From NCBI RefSeq assembly GCF_963921235.1, contig NC_086107.1:103480001-103544000 (forward strand): a stretch of DNA of 64,000 nt, written 5' to 3'. A model generated the notes under the pieces. The model was not told where the DNA came from. It worked only from the letters and a program-made list of their open reading frames with translations, and did no database searches. Shown here piece by piece: positions 23,982-36,379 of the stretch. The first letter of the stretch is position 1. Each line of letters starts with the position of its first letter. Made by a program: the position numbers and the translations under genes. This DNA is from Mobula hypostoma. Its lineage: Eukaryota.

Positions 23982-24881
23982 TTAAGATGTTGGAGATGAA
24001 AGTTGATCCAGATAACTCTGGGCATCCGATGGAGAATCAAAAAAACGAAGGGCTCCATCTGACATGCGAATCCTTAGACGTGCAGGGTACAGCAGCGCTG
24101 GTCTTAAATCCCTCTTATAGAATTCCGACATCACGGATCTGTAACGGACCCGTTGGTCCCAGATTGGTTTACTGAAATCTTCCACGAATCGGAACTTAAG
24201 ATCCGAAAAATCAATGAAACCTTTAGATCGAGCGAATCGAAACAGTCTCTCCTTGTCTTGAAAGTAATGAAAACGTAAGATAACATGCCTAGGTCTATCT
24301 GACCTAGACGAGTATGATGGGATTCTGTGAACACGATCCAGTAGCGGTGGTTGGTCAGGAAATACAGTAGGGAATGCATCTTTTAAAAGTTGGGAGAAAT
24401 ATTTCATGGGGTTGTTACCTTCAACGGCTTCCCTCACGCCAATCATTCGTAAATTCTGCCGTCGCATTCTAGATTCCAAGTCAGAGTTTTTAAAAGTCAA
24501 AAAGTCAAGTTTCTTCTTCATTACATTAATTGTTTCTTCGATTTTCCCCATCTTAAGCTCACTTTGTTGCGCGAATTTTTGAAGATCAGATATAGCCGAC
24601 TGATGTTCCGCAATACATGTTTGCATCTTATCAATTAAATCGGCAATTTTCTGGAAATTAGTTGAGATTTCCGTATGAATCAGGTCTTTAACAAAGCCTG
24701 CAATTTCCGTACGAATCATCTCCCTAACAGAGGTTGAAATTTCCCTCTGAATTAACTCCGATATCGCTTTCAAAGTCACCGGTGATTCAGTCGGAGGGAG
24801 ATCCGTAGCTTTCGGTTTAACCGGAGGTTTACCATCCTTGCCGTCTTTCTCGTTCTTAGACATAGCAGATCTAAGTTCCAT
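23982..24881 (-). CDS. L1 ORF1p (coiled coil, RRM, CTD; Transposase_22-like), 299 aa
   Basis: Heptad-rich region, then LESRMRRQNLRMIGVRE, LDRVHRI, RPRHVILRF, EDFS, LYPARLRI motifs typical of vertebrate L1 ORF1. Confidence 0.93.
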   Translation of the reverse strand: MELRSAMSKNEKDGKDGKPPVKPKATDLPPTESPVTLKAISELIQREISTSVREMIRTEIAGFVKDLIHTEISTNFQKIADLIDKMQTCIAEHQSAISDLQKFAQQSELKMGKIEETINVMKKKLDFLTFKNSDLESRMRRQNLRMIGVREAVEGNNPMKYFSQLLKDAFPTVFPDQPPLLDRVHRIPSYSSRSDRPRHVILRFHYFQDKERLFRFARSKGFIDFSDLKFRFVEDFSKPIWDQRVRYRSVMSEFYKRDLRPALLYPARLRIRMSDGALRFFDSPSDAQSYLDQLSSPTS

Positions 24882-25038
24882 CCAGTTGTCGGAGAATTCA
24901 GTTTAATTCAAAGTATTGTAAGAGTTGATGCCTTAATGGTTAATTAAAGTATAGCTGACCATAGAGAAAAAAAAAACTCAGAGGTAATGGAGCGAGTCAA
25001 GAACGCGACTTCACTCCATGAGCGCTACCGGAAGTTCC

Positions 25039-25750
25039 AAAAGCAAATCAAAAAGACCCAAACGCTAATCCCTGTACCTACACAATGTCCATATCCCTCC
25101 ACCTTCCTTGTACCTATGTGCCTATCTAAGTGACCCTTAAAAGCCTCTAATGTGTTTGCCTCTACCACCATACCAGGCAGCACATTCCAGGCATCCACCA
25201 CTCTCAGAGTAAAAAACTTACCTCTCACATCCCCTTTGAAACTACCCCATCTCATCTTCAATGTGTGCCCTCTGGTATTAGACATCTTGACCCCCGGGGC
25301 ACAGATACACCCTGTCTCCTCTATCTATGCCTCTCATAATCTTATAAACCTCTATCAGATCTTCCCTCAGCCTTTGCCACTCCAGAGAAAACAACCGAAG
25401 TTTATCCAGCCTCTCATGATAGCACATGCCCTCTAAACCAGGCAGCATCCTGGTAAACTACTACTGCACCCTCTCCAAAGCCTCAATATGCTTCTGATAG
25501 TGAGGCAACCAGAAATGTATGCAGTACTCCAGATGTTGCCTAACCAGAGTCTTATAAAGTTGCAACATAACCGCTTGACTTTTGAACTTAAAAACAAGCA
25601 TTCTATCAGCCTTCTTCACCACCTTATCGACAAGGAGCTATGAACTTGAATCTCTCTGCTCAGCAACACTGTTAAGGATTTTGTCCATAACAGTGTACTA
25701 TCTCCTTGCATTAGCCCTACCAAGGTGCAACACCTCACATTTATCTGGGT
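25039..25750 (-). mobile_element. CR1-like LINE 3' fragment, right part of the L1 host
   Basis: TRGHTLK...FFTLRVVDAWNVLP...FKGHLD (ORF 25025..25285). Confidence 0.85.
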
Positions 25751-26138
25751 TAATTCATGTAATCATTGTTTCAGACTTAAATACAACTTCCACATTAGTA
25801 GGGGATCTTCTGGCAATTTGCGTTATTGGACAGAGTGTGTTGGAAGATGATTTGGTAGATGACCATTGTCTTTCATTGTTCTTCGGTTTTTACTTACAGC
25901 TTTCTCTCTGTGTCCATTAGCAGTTGCCTTCTGCAGTCTAAACCTCAACTTATACTTTCAGTGGCCACTTTATTAGGTACACCTGTACACCTGCTCATTA
26001 ATGCAAACATCTAATCTGCCAATCATGTGGCAGCAACTCAATGCATAAAAGCATGCAGATATTGTCGAGAGGTTCATTTGTCATTCAGACTAAACATCAG
26101 AATGGCAAAGAAATGTAACCTAAGTGACTTTGTCCGTG

Positions 26139-26654
26139 AACAAATCTCTTACTAACTCTTCCTTCAGTTAGTCCTGACAAAGGGTCTTGGCCTGAAACGT
26201 CGACTGTACCTCTTCCTAGAGATGCTGCCTGGCCTGCTGCGTTCACCAGCGACTTTGGTGTGTGTTGCTTGAGTTTCCAGCATCTGCAGAATTCCTCTTG
26301 TTTGCATTTTTAAAATTTACTACTGCGAAGCCTCTTTCGGTGATGCCTACACCGAAGAAGTTTAGATCCTCTCTTCGACGGGAGTTCAGTGAAACCATCT
26401 CTCACTGCTCCCCATCTGTAATTTCTTCGGCTCTTCAACTTTTCGACCACATTTTGACTCAGACTCGCTATCACAGCCATATATCTTCTCTTATATTTTG
26501 GATCTCCCCCTCCCCCTCCCACTTTCAAATCTCTTACTAACTCTTCCTTCAGTTAGTCCTGACGAAGGGTCTCGGCCTGAAACGTCGACTGTACCTCTTC
26601 CTAGAGATGCTGCCTGGCCTGCTGCGTTCCCCAGCAACTTTGATGTGTGTTGCT
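26139..26654 (+). mobile_element. Internally deleted Penelope-like element with tandem pseudo-LTRs (385-nt period)
   Basis: Direct repeats 26141-26272 and 26526-26657; ORF start MPTPKKFRSS...RYHSHIS at 26343; 14-bp TSD TGACTTTGTCCGTG at 26125-26138 and 26655-26668. Confidence 0.85.
26554..26591 (+). ncRNA. Minimal type I hammerhead ribozyme, intact core
   Basis: Stem I TAGTC/GACTG, CTGACGA core, stem II AGG..CCT, GAA, palindromic ACGT stem III, predicted cleavage after GTC (26586); paralogue 26169-26206 has G8->A. Confidence 0.85.
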
Positions 26655-26968
26655 TGACTTTGTCCGTGGAATGATTGTTGGTTCTAAACAGGTTGGTTTG
26701 AGTATCTCAGAAACTGCTGATCTCCTGGGACTTTCACACACAGTGGTCCCTAGAGTTTACAGGGAACGTGCGAAAAACTAAAAACAAAATCTGGTAGGTG
26801 GCAGTTCTGTGGGCAAAGACGACTTGTCTTTGAGAGGGGTCAGGGGAGAATGACCAGACTGGTTCAAGCTGACAGTAACTCAAATAAACATATGTTACAA
26901 CAGTGGTGTGCAGAGAATATCTGGGGTACAGCAGCAGAGCCAACGAACATACACTCAGTGTTACTTTA

Positions 26969-27279
26969 TTTATAAAGGCATCCGTTAGTCTTGCGAGACC
27001 ATGGATCTGGGCCTGGAAAGTCTTCACCCTCCAGGGCCTGGGCAAGGTTGTATGGAAGACCAGCAGTTGCCCATGCTGCAAGTCTCCCCACTCCACCACA
27101 CCGATGTTGTCCAAGGGAAGGGCATTAGGACCCATACAACTTGGCACCAGTGTTGTCGCAGAGCATTTTGTGATTAAGTGCCTTGCTCAAGGACACAACA
27201 CGTTGCCTCAGCTGGGGCTCGAACTCACGACCTTCAGGTCGCTACTCCAATGCCTTAACCACTTGGCCACGTGCCCACA
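26969..27279 (-). mobile_element. tRNA-derived SINE (family C head)
   Basis: Minus head GGGCACGTGGCCAAGTGGTTAAGG, GAGTTCGAGCCC; TSD TTACTTTA at 26961-26968 and 27280-27287. Confidence 0.8.
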
Positions 27280-28224
27280 TTACTTTAAGTACCTAATAAA
27301 GTGGCCACTGAGTGTAGCTACTTCACTAAACCTTTTCTTTTTTAATCTATATTTTAAGTATCTTGATCTTTGTAAGTTATTCAATTTTACGGGTGTGCTT
27401 GTTACTACCATTTATTTCCCAAACTGATTGCGCCTGAGGTGGTAGTCATGAGTTGCCACCTAGATATACCTCGTGACTTGGAGGAGGATGTTATGTTTTG
27501 TAACCCCAAACTATAAAATTAATTTGAAGAAAAAGACGGGAGCTCAAGTTAGGAGAGTGTTAATTTTTTCTTTACTTTAAGAGAGGCACACACTTATCAC
27601 ATGGTAGTGCCATGGCACATTCAATTCACGTATTTTTACATAGAACCCATAATGAATTATTTAATCAAATAAAGAATGCTTAATCAACAACATATTTACA
27701 ATATTACTCAAATATTACTGATAATGCGTAAAGGAACAGAGGAGTTCCAGGATTTAGACCCAGCTACCATGTTCCCCCATTAGGTTAATGTGTGATTTGA
27801 AGGGGAGTGTGCAGGTGTCCACACCTCCCTCCTGCCATTGCTCGGTGGTAGAAGTCACCCAATTTGAGAAGTACTAAATGAGTAATTGAAGTGCATTTTA
27901 TAGGGAATAGTGGGTTGAAGCTGATGCATAGAATGGCTTCCACTGGGTTGAATCAACCTAGAAGGTTTTCAGCTTGTCTTGGCGGCCCTCATCCGGACAA
28001 GTAGAATTTTCCGTTGTGCTCCTAATTTGTGTCTTATAGATATGCTGGAGATTTTGAAGTGACAGTAGGTGTATCAGGTGCTACTAGATAACCAACTTAT
28101 GCCTGGCTCTTGTAGTCACAGTATTTATGTGGCTGGTCCACTTTTTAATGAAATTGAATCTATTGATTCGGAGTCCTATATTGTAACTTGGAATCTAAAG
28201 TAGTGTTGTAGCATGGTTTTCCTT

Positions 28225-31045
28225 CCAAAGTTAAAGTTCATAAAAACAAAGTTCAAAGTAAATTTATTATGTGTCACCATATACAACCCTGAGATTGATT
28301 TCCTTGTGGGCATTCATCCTAAATACAAAGAAATGCAATTGAATTAATGTAAAGACCTCACCCAACAAGACAACCAATATACAAAAGACAACACATTATG
28401 CAAATCTAATAAGAAAAAATAAATAAACAATAAATACCCAGAACATGAGATGAAGTGTCCTTGAAAGTGAGCCTATAGATTGTAGGAACAAATCAGTGAT
28501 AGTGTGAGTGAAATTATCCCCTCTGGTTCAAAAGGCTGATGGTTGAGGGATAATAACTGTTCCTGAACCTGGTGGTGTGAGTTGTGAGGCTCCTGTACCT
28601 CCTTCCTAATGGCAGTTACGAGAGGAGAGCTTGACCTGGGTGGTGGGGTTCCTTGCTAGTAGACGCTGCTTTCCTGCGACAGCGCTCCTTACAGATGTGC
28701 TCAGTGGAGGACAGGCCTTTATCCGTGATGGACTTGGCCGTATCCACTACTTTTTGCAGGCTTTTCCATTAAGGGCATTGGTGTTTCCAAAACAGGATGT
28801 GCTGCAGCCAGTCAGTATACTCTCCACCATGCATCTGCAGAAGTTGGTCAAAGTTTTAGATAACATGCCAGATCTTCACAAACTCCTAAGGAAGTAGAGG
28901 TGCTGCTGTTCTTCCTCTGTAACGGCCCTTACGTGCTGGAGCCAGGACAGGTCCTCGGAAATTAAAGCACCAAAGAAATTTTAAGTTGCTGCACCTCTCT
29001 GGCTTCCTCCTCTTGTAGTCAATAAACAGCTTCTTGGTCTTGCCGACATTAAGAGTTTTTTGCGGCATCACAGCCAGATTTTCAGTCTCCCTCCTATATG
29101 CTGATTCATCATCACCTTTGATTCGGCAAACAATAGTGGTGTCATCAGCAAACTTAAATATGGCATTTGAGCTGTACTTGGCCTTACAGTCATAAGTATA
29201 AAGCAAGTAGAACAGGGGGCTAAGCCTTGTGGTGCATCTGTGCTGATGGAGATTGTGGAGGAGAAGTTGTTGCCAATCCAAACTGACTGGGATCTGCAAG
29301 CAAGGAAACTGATGATCTGGTTATACAGGGAGGTATTGAGGCCAAGGTCTTGAAGTTTATTGATTAGTTTTGAGAGGATGATAGTATTGAATGCCAAGCT
29401 GTTGAGGGTAAAGAACATCTTGATGTATGCATTTTCACTGCCCAGATGTTCCAGGGTTGAGTGAAGAGCCAATGAAATGGCATCTGCCGTTGACCTATTG
29501 CTCTGGTAAACAAATTGGAGCAGATCCAAGTTGCTTCTCAGGCAGGAGTTGATATGTTTCACCACCAAACTCTCAAAGCACTTTATCAGAGTGGATGTAA
29601 GTGCTGTTGGACGATAGTCATTGAGGCTGATTACCATATTCTTCCTGGGCGCTAGTATAATTGAAGCCTGCTTGAAGCAGGTGGGTACCTCAGAGTGCCA
29701 AAGCAAGAGGTTAAAGAAATCAGTGAACATTCCAGCTAGTTGATCAGTCCAGCTAGTTGATCAGTCCAGGTCTTTAGTACTAGTCTGACCATCTGAGCCA
29801 AATGCTTTCCATGGATTCACTCTCCTGAAGGATACTCCCATGTTGGAGACTGAAATTACAGGGCTATCAGGGGCTGTGGGAGTTTGTGAAGGTCCCTCCA
29901 TGTTTGATGGTCAAAGAGAGTATAAAGGTATTGAGTTCATTTGGGAGCAGAATCTTGTTGTCACGTAAGTTGCTTGGTTTCACTTTGTAGGATGTGATAG
30001 CATTCAAGCCCTGCCGCAGCTGACGAGCTTCCTTCAGTTTGGTCTGGAATTACCATTTTGCATGTGAGATGGCTTTCCAGAGATTGTACCTGGACCTCTT
30101 GTATCTTACTGGGTTGCCAGAACTGAATGCCACTGATCTAGCCCTCAGCTGATTGCAGATTTCATGTTTCATCAGGGCTTCTGGTTGGGGAAGACTGAAT
30201 GATTTTGTGGGCATGCATTCAACTATGACTGTTTTTATAAAGTCTGTGACAACAGTGGCATATTTGTTCAAATATTCTGATTGAGTCCTTGAATTTGGCT
30301 CAGTCCACCAACTCATAGCAATCCCACAGCCGCTGCTCTGCCTCCCGCGACCACCCCTTTGTTGTCCTTACCTCTGGAGCCACTGCCTGTATGCAGGTAG
30401 GAGGATAGCCAAATAATAGATATTCCAAAATGTAGACTAGAGATTCATTCCTATTTATAGCATAACAGTAGTTGAGTGTGTTGGGACCCCTGATGCTGCA
30501 AGTGATATGCTGATGATAAGTGGGCAGAGATTTCTTCAAACAAGCCTGATTTAAGTCCCCGGCAATAATTCGAAAGGCATTGAAGTAGGCTGTTTCTTGT
30601 TTGCTGATTGCATCACTGGGTACATTGAGTGCCTGCTTAACATCGACCTTTGACAGTATGTAAAATGTGGTCAGGATCACAGAGAAGAATTCTCTTGGTA
30701 AGTAGAATAGTTACTTCATTAGATCATTTGATTTTCCAGGTCAAGGGAACAAGACTGCGACAGGATCACTGTCTGAGCACCATTAAGAGTTTATCTTGAA
30801 ACACAGACTCTACCCCCTCCCCCCCACCTTTTGCCTTCTCTGAAACAGCAGTCCAGCTCATCCAGCATATCTGGCATGTCTTGAGTGAGCCATGTCTCCA
30901 TAAAACACAGAACAGAGTAATCTCTCATTTCCTTCTGATATAGCAATCTTGCCCTTAGGTCCTCAATCTTGTTCTCCAGTGACATTTGCTAACCAGATAC
31001 TGGGTAGAGGAAGTTGCATACCTCATCATTTTAGTACCATCCTAC
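28225..31045 (-). pseudogene. Decayed long Rex1/Babar-like LINE (APE and RT remnants)
   Basis: Frameshifted ORFs: SLENKIEDL..CFMETWL, IAGDLN, LNDYRPTALTS..KCFE, RSTADAI, KFADD; TTTGAAC tail. Confidence 0.9.
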
Positions 31046-31201
31046 ATGTTGCTCTTTCTGTTCCTTACAGCTCCATTGTAGTGAAATTGAAACTGCAGGT
31101 CTTTTCATCTTTCCAATATTTCCTCACGTAACTTATAAGCCTCAAAGGCCTTTGAACATTTTCTCTCCACTGCCGGTCTCTGTGTCTTTTGCTGTACCAT
31201 T

Positions 31202-32231
31202 CATAGTCATAGTCATACTCATACTTTATTGAACCTGGGGGAAATTGGTTTTCGTTACGGTTGCACCATAAATAATAAATAATAGTAAAACCATGAATAG
31301 TTAAATAGTAATATGTAAATTATGCCAGGAAATAAGTCCAGGACACGCCTAATGGCTCAGGGTGTCTGACCCTCCAAGGGAGGAGTTGTAAAGTTTGCTG
31401 GCCACAGGCAGGAATGACTTCCTATGATGCTCTGTGTTGCATCTCGGTGGAATGAGTCTCTGACTGAATGTACTCCTGTGCCCAACCAGTACATTATGTA
31501 GTGGATGGGAGACATTGTCCAAGATGGCATGGAACTTGGACAGCATCCTCTTTTCAGACACCACCGTCAGAGAGTCCAGTTCCATCCCCACAACGTCACT
31601 GGCCTTAGGAATGAGTTTGTTGATCCTGTTGGTGTCTGCTACCCTCAGCCTCCTGCCCCAGCACACAACAGCAAACATGATAGCACTGGCCACCACAGAC
31701 TCGTAGAACATCCTCAGCATCGTCTGGCAGATGTTAAAGGACCTCAGTCTCCTCAGGAAATAGAGACGGCTCTGACCCTTCTTGTAGACAGCCTCAGTGT
31801 TCTTTGACCAGTCCAGTTTATTGTCAACTCGTATCCCTAGGTATTTGTAATCCTCCACCATGTCCACCCTGACCCCCTGGATGGAAACGGGTCACCGGTA
31901 CCTTAGCTCTCCTCAGGTCTACCACCAGCTCCTTAGTCTTTTTCACATTAACCTGCAGATAATTCTGCTCACACCATGTGACAAAGTTTCCTACCGTAGC
32001 CCTGTACTCAGCCTCATCTCCCTTGCTGATGCATCCAACTATGGCAGAGTCATCAGAAAACTTCTGAAGATGACAAGACTCTGTGCAGTAGTTGAAGTCC
32101 GAGGTGTAAATGGTGAAGAGAAAGGGAGACAAGACAGTCCCCTGTAGAGCCCCAGTGCTGCTGATCACTCTGTCGGACACGCAGTGTTGCAAGCACACGC
32201 ACTGTGGTCTGCCAGTCAGGTAATCAGTCAG
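31202..32231 (-). pseudogene. Rex1/Babar-like LINE 3' portion (younger family)
   Basis: TGALQGTVLSPFLF, KFSDD, KTKELVVDLRR, YKYLGI, RLYFLRRLRSF; (ATGACT)n tail, also seen in the short copy at 46900-47000. Confidence 0.9.
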
Positions 32232-32321
32232 TCATTCGTCATTGCCCACAGATACCGTAGGGGAAACTCAAGTCTTGATGCTGGCATTGTTGTTTGTTGT
32301 CCCTTTCCGTGCATTGGGCGA

Positions 32322-32462
32322 TGACCTTGCCGTTCCTTTTGCTTTTGTCTGTTTTTTACAAGGCCGAATTGCTAGCTCAGCACTCAAGCCAGCAGGGATG
32401 GAAAGTGTGCAAGGAGCCGGCCGGATTCAAACCTGGGACCACTTGTCTACAAGTTTGGTGTG
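32322..32462 (-). mobile_element. tRNA-derived SINE (family B), partial
   Basis: GCTAGCTCAGCACTCAAGCCAGC...GGATTCAAACC matches 1123-1310. Confidence 0.65.
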
Positions 32463-33480
32463 GCTGGCAGATGCTGGCACTAGGAGCAACATAAAGTGGT
32501 GGAGGAACTCAGCAGGTCAGGCTGAGTTACAGATGCTGCCAGACCAGAGTGCCTGCAGTGCTTTTTGTGGTCACTATATCTTTGTCTCTCCATCCAAGCT
32601 CTCAGGTTCGTTCGTTTGTTATGTGCCGTGTCGTATGACGTGGGCGATCATGGTCTTTCATGACCATGATTGTTCTTGGCAAATTTTTCTACAGAAGTAG
32701 TTTACTGTTGCCTTCTTCTGGGCTGTGTCTTTACAAGACAGGTAGACCCCCCCCCCCCCCAGCTATTATCAGTACTCTTCAGAGATTTTCTGCCTGGCTC
32801 AGGATGTGATAAAAGGTCTCAGGAGGTTGCTTAAAAGCCCAGTTTGTCCAGCTTTTAGTCACTCTTCGCCTCAGTGTCCATTTCCCTCCGAATATTTTTG
32901 AAACATCCTTCTACTTGCCCTCTATTCTATTATGCCCTCAAAGTTACAAAAAGCCGAAGAAAATTAAAATGCAGTGATATTATTTACACAAAAATGAGCA
33001 AGGCCAGTCTATTACTCATGTGCATTCCAGAAAGATGGTTGAGTTATGGAGTCTTAAGTACAGAAATGAGCCCCATCAGTGCACTTTGTCCCAATTTACA
33101 CAAAAAATACCCATTTACTCTTAATCCTTTGTACTTCCATTTTATTTTATCTACATTACAATCGATTTTCACTAGATTCTACCTGTCAGTTCTATACTAG
33201 GAATAATTTATATTGTCAACCTAACCAAATCACACAGCCTTTAGGTGTGGAAAGGAATCGGTGGAACCCGAAGGAAGCACTTGTGAACAAGGGGAAAGGT
33301 AACTCCACTCAGACTGTAGCCAAGGTCATGACTGAACCTGTTGTTGTGAGGCAACAACTCTGCTAGCTGTGGCACCGTGCTGCCTGACAATTACCCTCAG
33401 TGATCTCTGCAGCACAATACCGCAATGATATAGTTCCATCATTCCCCAAAAATAAAGTTCTTGTAGGCAGGACACCAGTA

Positions 33481-34265
33481 TGTGTTGAGCATCCCTTGTC
33501 TAAAATCTAAAAACCTCTGAAATCGAAAATCCGAACTTTTTTATGAGTGTTGGCAGGATGTCACAAATGGAAAATCCCACAAGGCACTAGGAGGTTCCCA
33601 GGTGATGTACAAGGTCTCTGTGCACCACAGGCAATTCTGAGAAGTGACCTCAAATATGCAATGAACAGAAGTTAATGAAAAATAGTAAAACACAGCATAA
33701 AACGAAAAATGAAGATCTCAATCTTGTATTGAAAGAGTGGATTTGTCAGTGTCGAAGTGAAGGTATGCCGCTTAACATGAAACAAGCAAAGATCTATTAC
33801 GACAAACTGAAAATTGAAGGTAATTGTGAATATTCAGCGGGCTGGTTGCAGACATTTAAGAAAAGGTGCGGCATTAAATTTTTAATGATTTGTGGTGATA
33901 AAGCACCTGTTGATCATAAAGCAGCAGAGAAATTCATTGATGAGTTTGCCAAGATCGTCACTGATGAAAATCTAACACGCTGAATGGCTGCATCAGTACA
34001 TATGTGTGATGAACAAGTGTAAGACAAAGACAGCTTACCAGTTACACATAAATTCAGTGTTGGGAATGATGGCAATGCCAAATAGCTACTGATTGTCCAG
34101 CTGGCAGCCAAGGTAGTGGTAGCTATTAAAAATATTATATAAAACCACCTTCTGTATGTGTGTGTATATATATGTATCCACACAATCCAAAATCCAAAAT
34201 CCAAAATCTGAAATGCTTTCAGCCGCAAGCATTTCAGATGGTAGGGGTGGGGAGCTTAACCTGTA
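33481..34265 (+). mobile_element. Tigger/pogo-like non-autonomous DNA transposon with a CENP-B-type HTH fragment
   Basis: ORF 33675..33983 (LKEWICQCRSEG..KQAK..SAGWLQTFKKRCGI..CGDK); TIR remnants GTTGAGCATCCCT / GCTTAACCTGTA. Confidence 0.8.
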
Positions 34266-35797
34266 ATCTGATGCATCTGCTTAATAAAATAGGAAACAAT
34301 GCCAAGCAGTCAGAACAAAGATGCACCATTTGACCATCACTTGGTGACATTCCAAGAGAAATGTTATGTAGTGAATACTGAGGGAAAATTGCAGACACAT
34401 TCTAAGTAACTAAGGAGTTAATTGGAAGCTTCAGTTATCATGAGTTAATGACACTTTAGAAGGAAGGTAAAGCCAGATGGTATCAGTCTACCAACAAAAT
34501 CTGAGGTTTGACAGCTTTGACACTTCTGCATTTTTTTTTGCAAATTCTTCTGCTGCTGCCATTATTTTCCTGCACTGCTCTAAGATATGAGAAGCTATTT
34601 TCTGTGAAGTAAATGCAGTTAGGATGGGATCATTCAGATAGGATAGGGGCTGTTTCACGGAGAGGTGCACTGCTTTTTGTCAAAAGACTTGCACATGAGT
34701 GTGAAGTGAAACTTTGCTTCGTTGTTCGGCATTGAGCAGGGCATGGAGCCACGTGAAGTTCGCTAAAAGATAACTACCTCTTAAAAACAAGATTATCGCT
34801 CCAATGAATCGCAGTTAGTGATCGGTATAGTTAATACCAATTTAGTGGGTAAGCTGTACTCCTGTGACTTAGCAGTATGGACCTATGTGAATCCTAGGAA
34901 ATCTACCTGCCATTATTTTCTTTCAGTGAATGAGCTGATTGTATAATGTACCCTAGCTTTTGAAAAGATTTTTCATAGCTGTTACCCTTCAGTAAGACTC
35001 TTGTTTTGCAGAGCTGCCCTTTGAAACCAGGGCTGGCATAAACATTTTTTCACATGGTGTATGGGATGGAGGAGGGGCAGAGGTTATATATGCAATATGC
35101 CTTAGACAGAGGGGTATCAATGAATTCCCTTGTCTGTCCACAGGAGTTGAGAGCCCTTCCCATACTTCCAAAGCTGTAGTTGTATTGTCAGGGGCCTTCA
35201 AGCAGCAAGAACAGTAAGCTGTTAAACAGGCAGATACTTTTTCAGTCACTTTCCGAAGTAAAGATAGTACATTTGTATGTTGGTATTCAGTAGCAAGGCT
35301 GAGAACCTTTGATTTTTTTTCTTCTTCCTTTCAGATGCTCTGTTCCTTATTTTTGATTGTTATTAGTTGGCATAGGAAACTAAGGAAGTTAAGGCCATTT
35401 TTTGCTGTAATGTTTATAGTTCTAAGGATAGAGGTATTTAAAACCTTAACGGCAACGGCTCTAGAAGGCATGCATCTGCAATAGTAAACAGTAACTGGAA
35501 TAGTAAATTTCAGTATTATATTGCTTTACTGTTGAGATATTGGGTTTTTTTTAGCAACAAGAAAAGAAAGCAGTCAAAGGTTAGTTCAGGGAATTGTAGA
35601 GAGAAGTGCTAAAAGTAAGGTTGCCAGTGATAGAGCAATTACCTTGGTAGGTCTTAACTTTCAGAACCTTAGAGAGTTGGAGAGATGGAGCAGCAAATCC
35701 ATGGGGAAGGTGAGAGCAAGAATCAAGCACACTATGGGGCAGTGTGGATGAATAACAGGGTTGTACCAGTGTGCTTTTACACCACAACAGTCTGCCC

Positions 35798-36180
35798 ATT
35801 ACACCACTGACAGCATTGAAGGTCCTCCATCTCGGGCAGTGTTCAGGGCTTCCTTCATCATGTCAGTAGCTTTCTCTTGGTTTTCACTAGTGTCAGCCAT
35901 GCAAGTCCCAGGTGGAGACTCAGGAATACCGGCACACTCAGATGTAGAAGGGTTCTTCATTGCTGCTTCCATAACAATTTTGTTTACCAATGGGGGTTGA
36001 TAGTCCAGAGCTGAACCCCCAAACCTGGAGGACCGGTGGACTACTCTTAGTCTGTGCTCTACCCTTTGACCTGTTTGACCTGTGACCCTACCAAGAGCCA
36101 AAGCACAATGCCCTGACTCCAGCCAACATCGCTCTCTAGGTCATTGAGGCAGTCAGGTCTCCAAACCACGACAAGTTTGT
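35798..36180 (-). mobile_element. RTE/Expander-related non-autonomous repeat
   Basis: AACCCCCAAACCTGGAGGACC and GACCCTACCAAGAGC motifs resemble RTE 5' UTRs. Confidence 0.45.
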
Positions 36181-36379
36181 GGCCCTGTTGGTGGTTTGAT
36201 GCTACAAGTGCTACCTTGATGTCAAGGGCAGTCACTCTCACTTCATCTCAAGAATTTGGCTTTCTGGTTCTTACTTGGACCAAGGTTGTGATAAAGTCTA
36301 GAGATGGTTGATCTTGGCAAAACCCAAACTGGACATCAGTGAGCATAATGTTCGTGAGTAAGTGCCACCTGATGCCACT

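Larger units (their letters stand above)
19128..25038 (-). mobile_element. Full-length L1 (LINE-1 clade) retrotransposon, ~5.9 kb
   Basis: Intact ORF1 and ORF2, 5' end GGAACTTCCGG, AATAAA (19148-19153 on -), A/GAAA tail, 11-bp TSD AAAAGCAAATC at 19117-19127 and 25039-25049. Confidence 0.97.
25953..27316 (+). mobile_element. Non-autonomous Tc1 element hosting a Penelope-like insert and a SINE
   Basis: TIRs CAGTGGCCACTTTATTAGGTAC / GTACCTAATAAAGTGGCCACTG, TA flanks; uninterrupted relative at 47021-47592. Confidence 0.85.

Noticed and set aside
27489..27725. Possible solo LTR beginning TGTTATG
   Set aside because: No clear CA end, TSD or second copy in the window
29731..29770. 17-bp tandem duplication TCCAGCTAGTTGATCAG
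   Set aside because: Local slippage within a dead LINE; not an array or CRISPR
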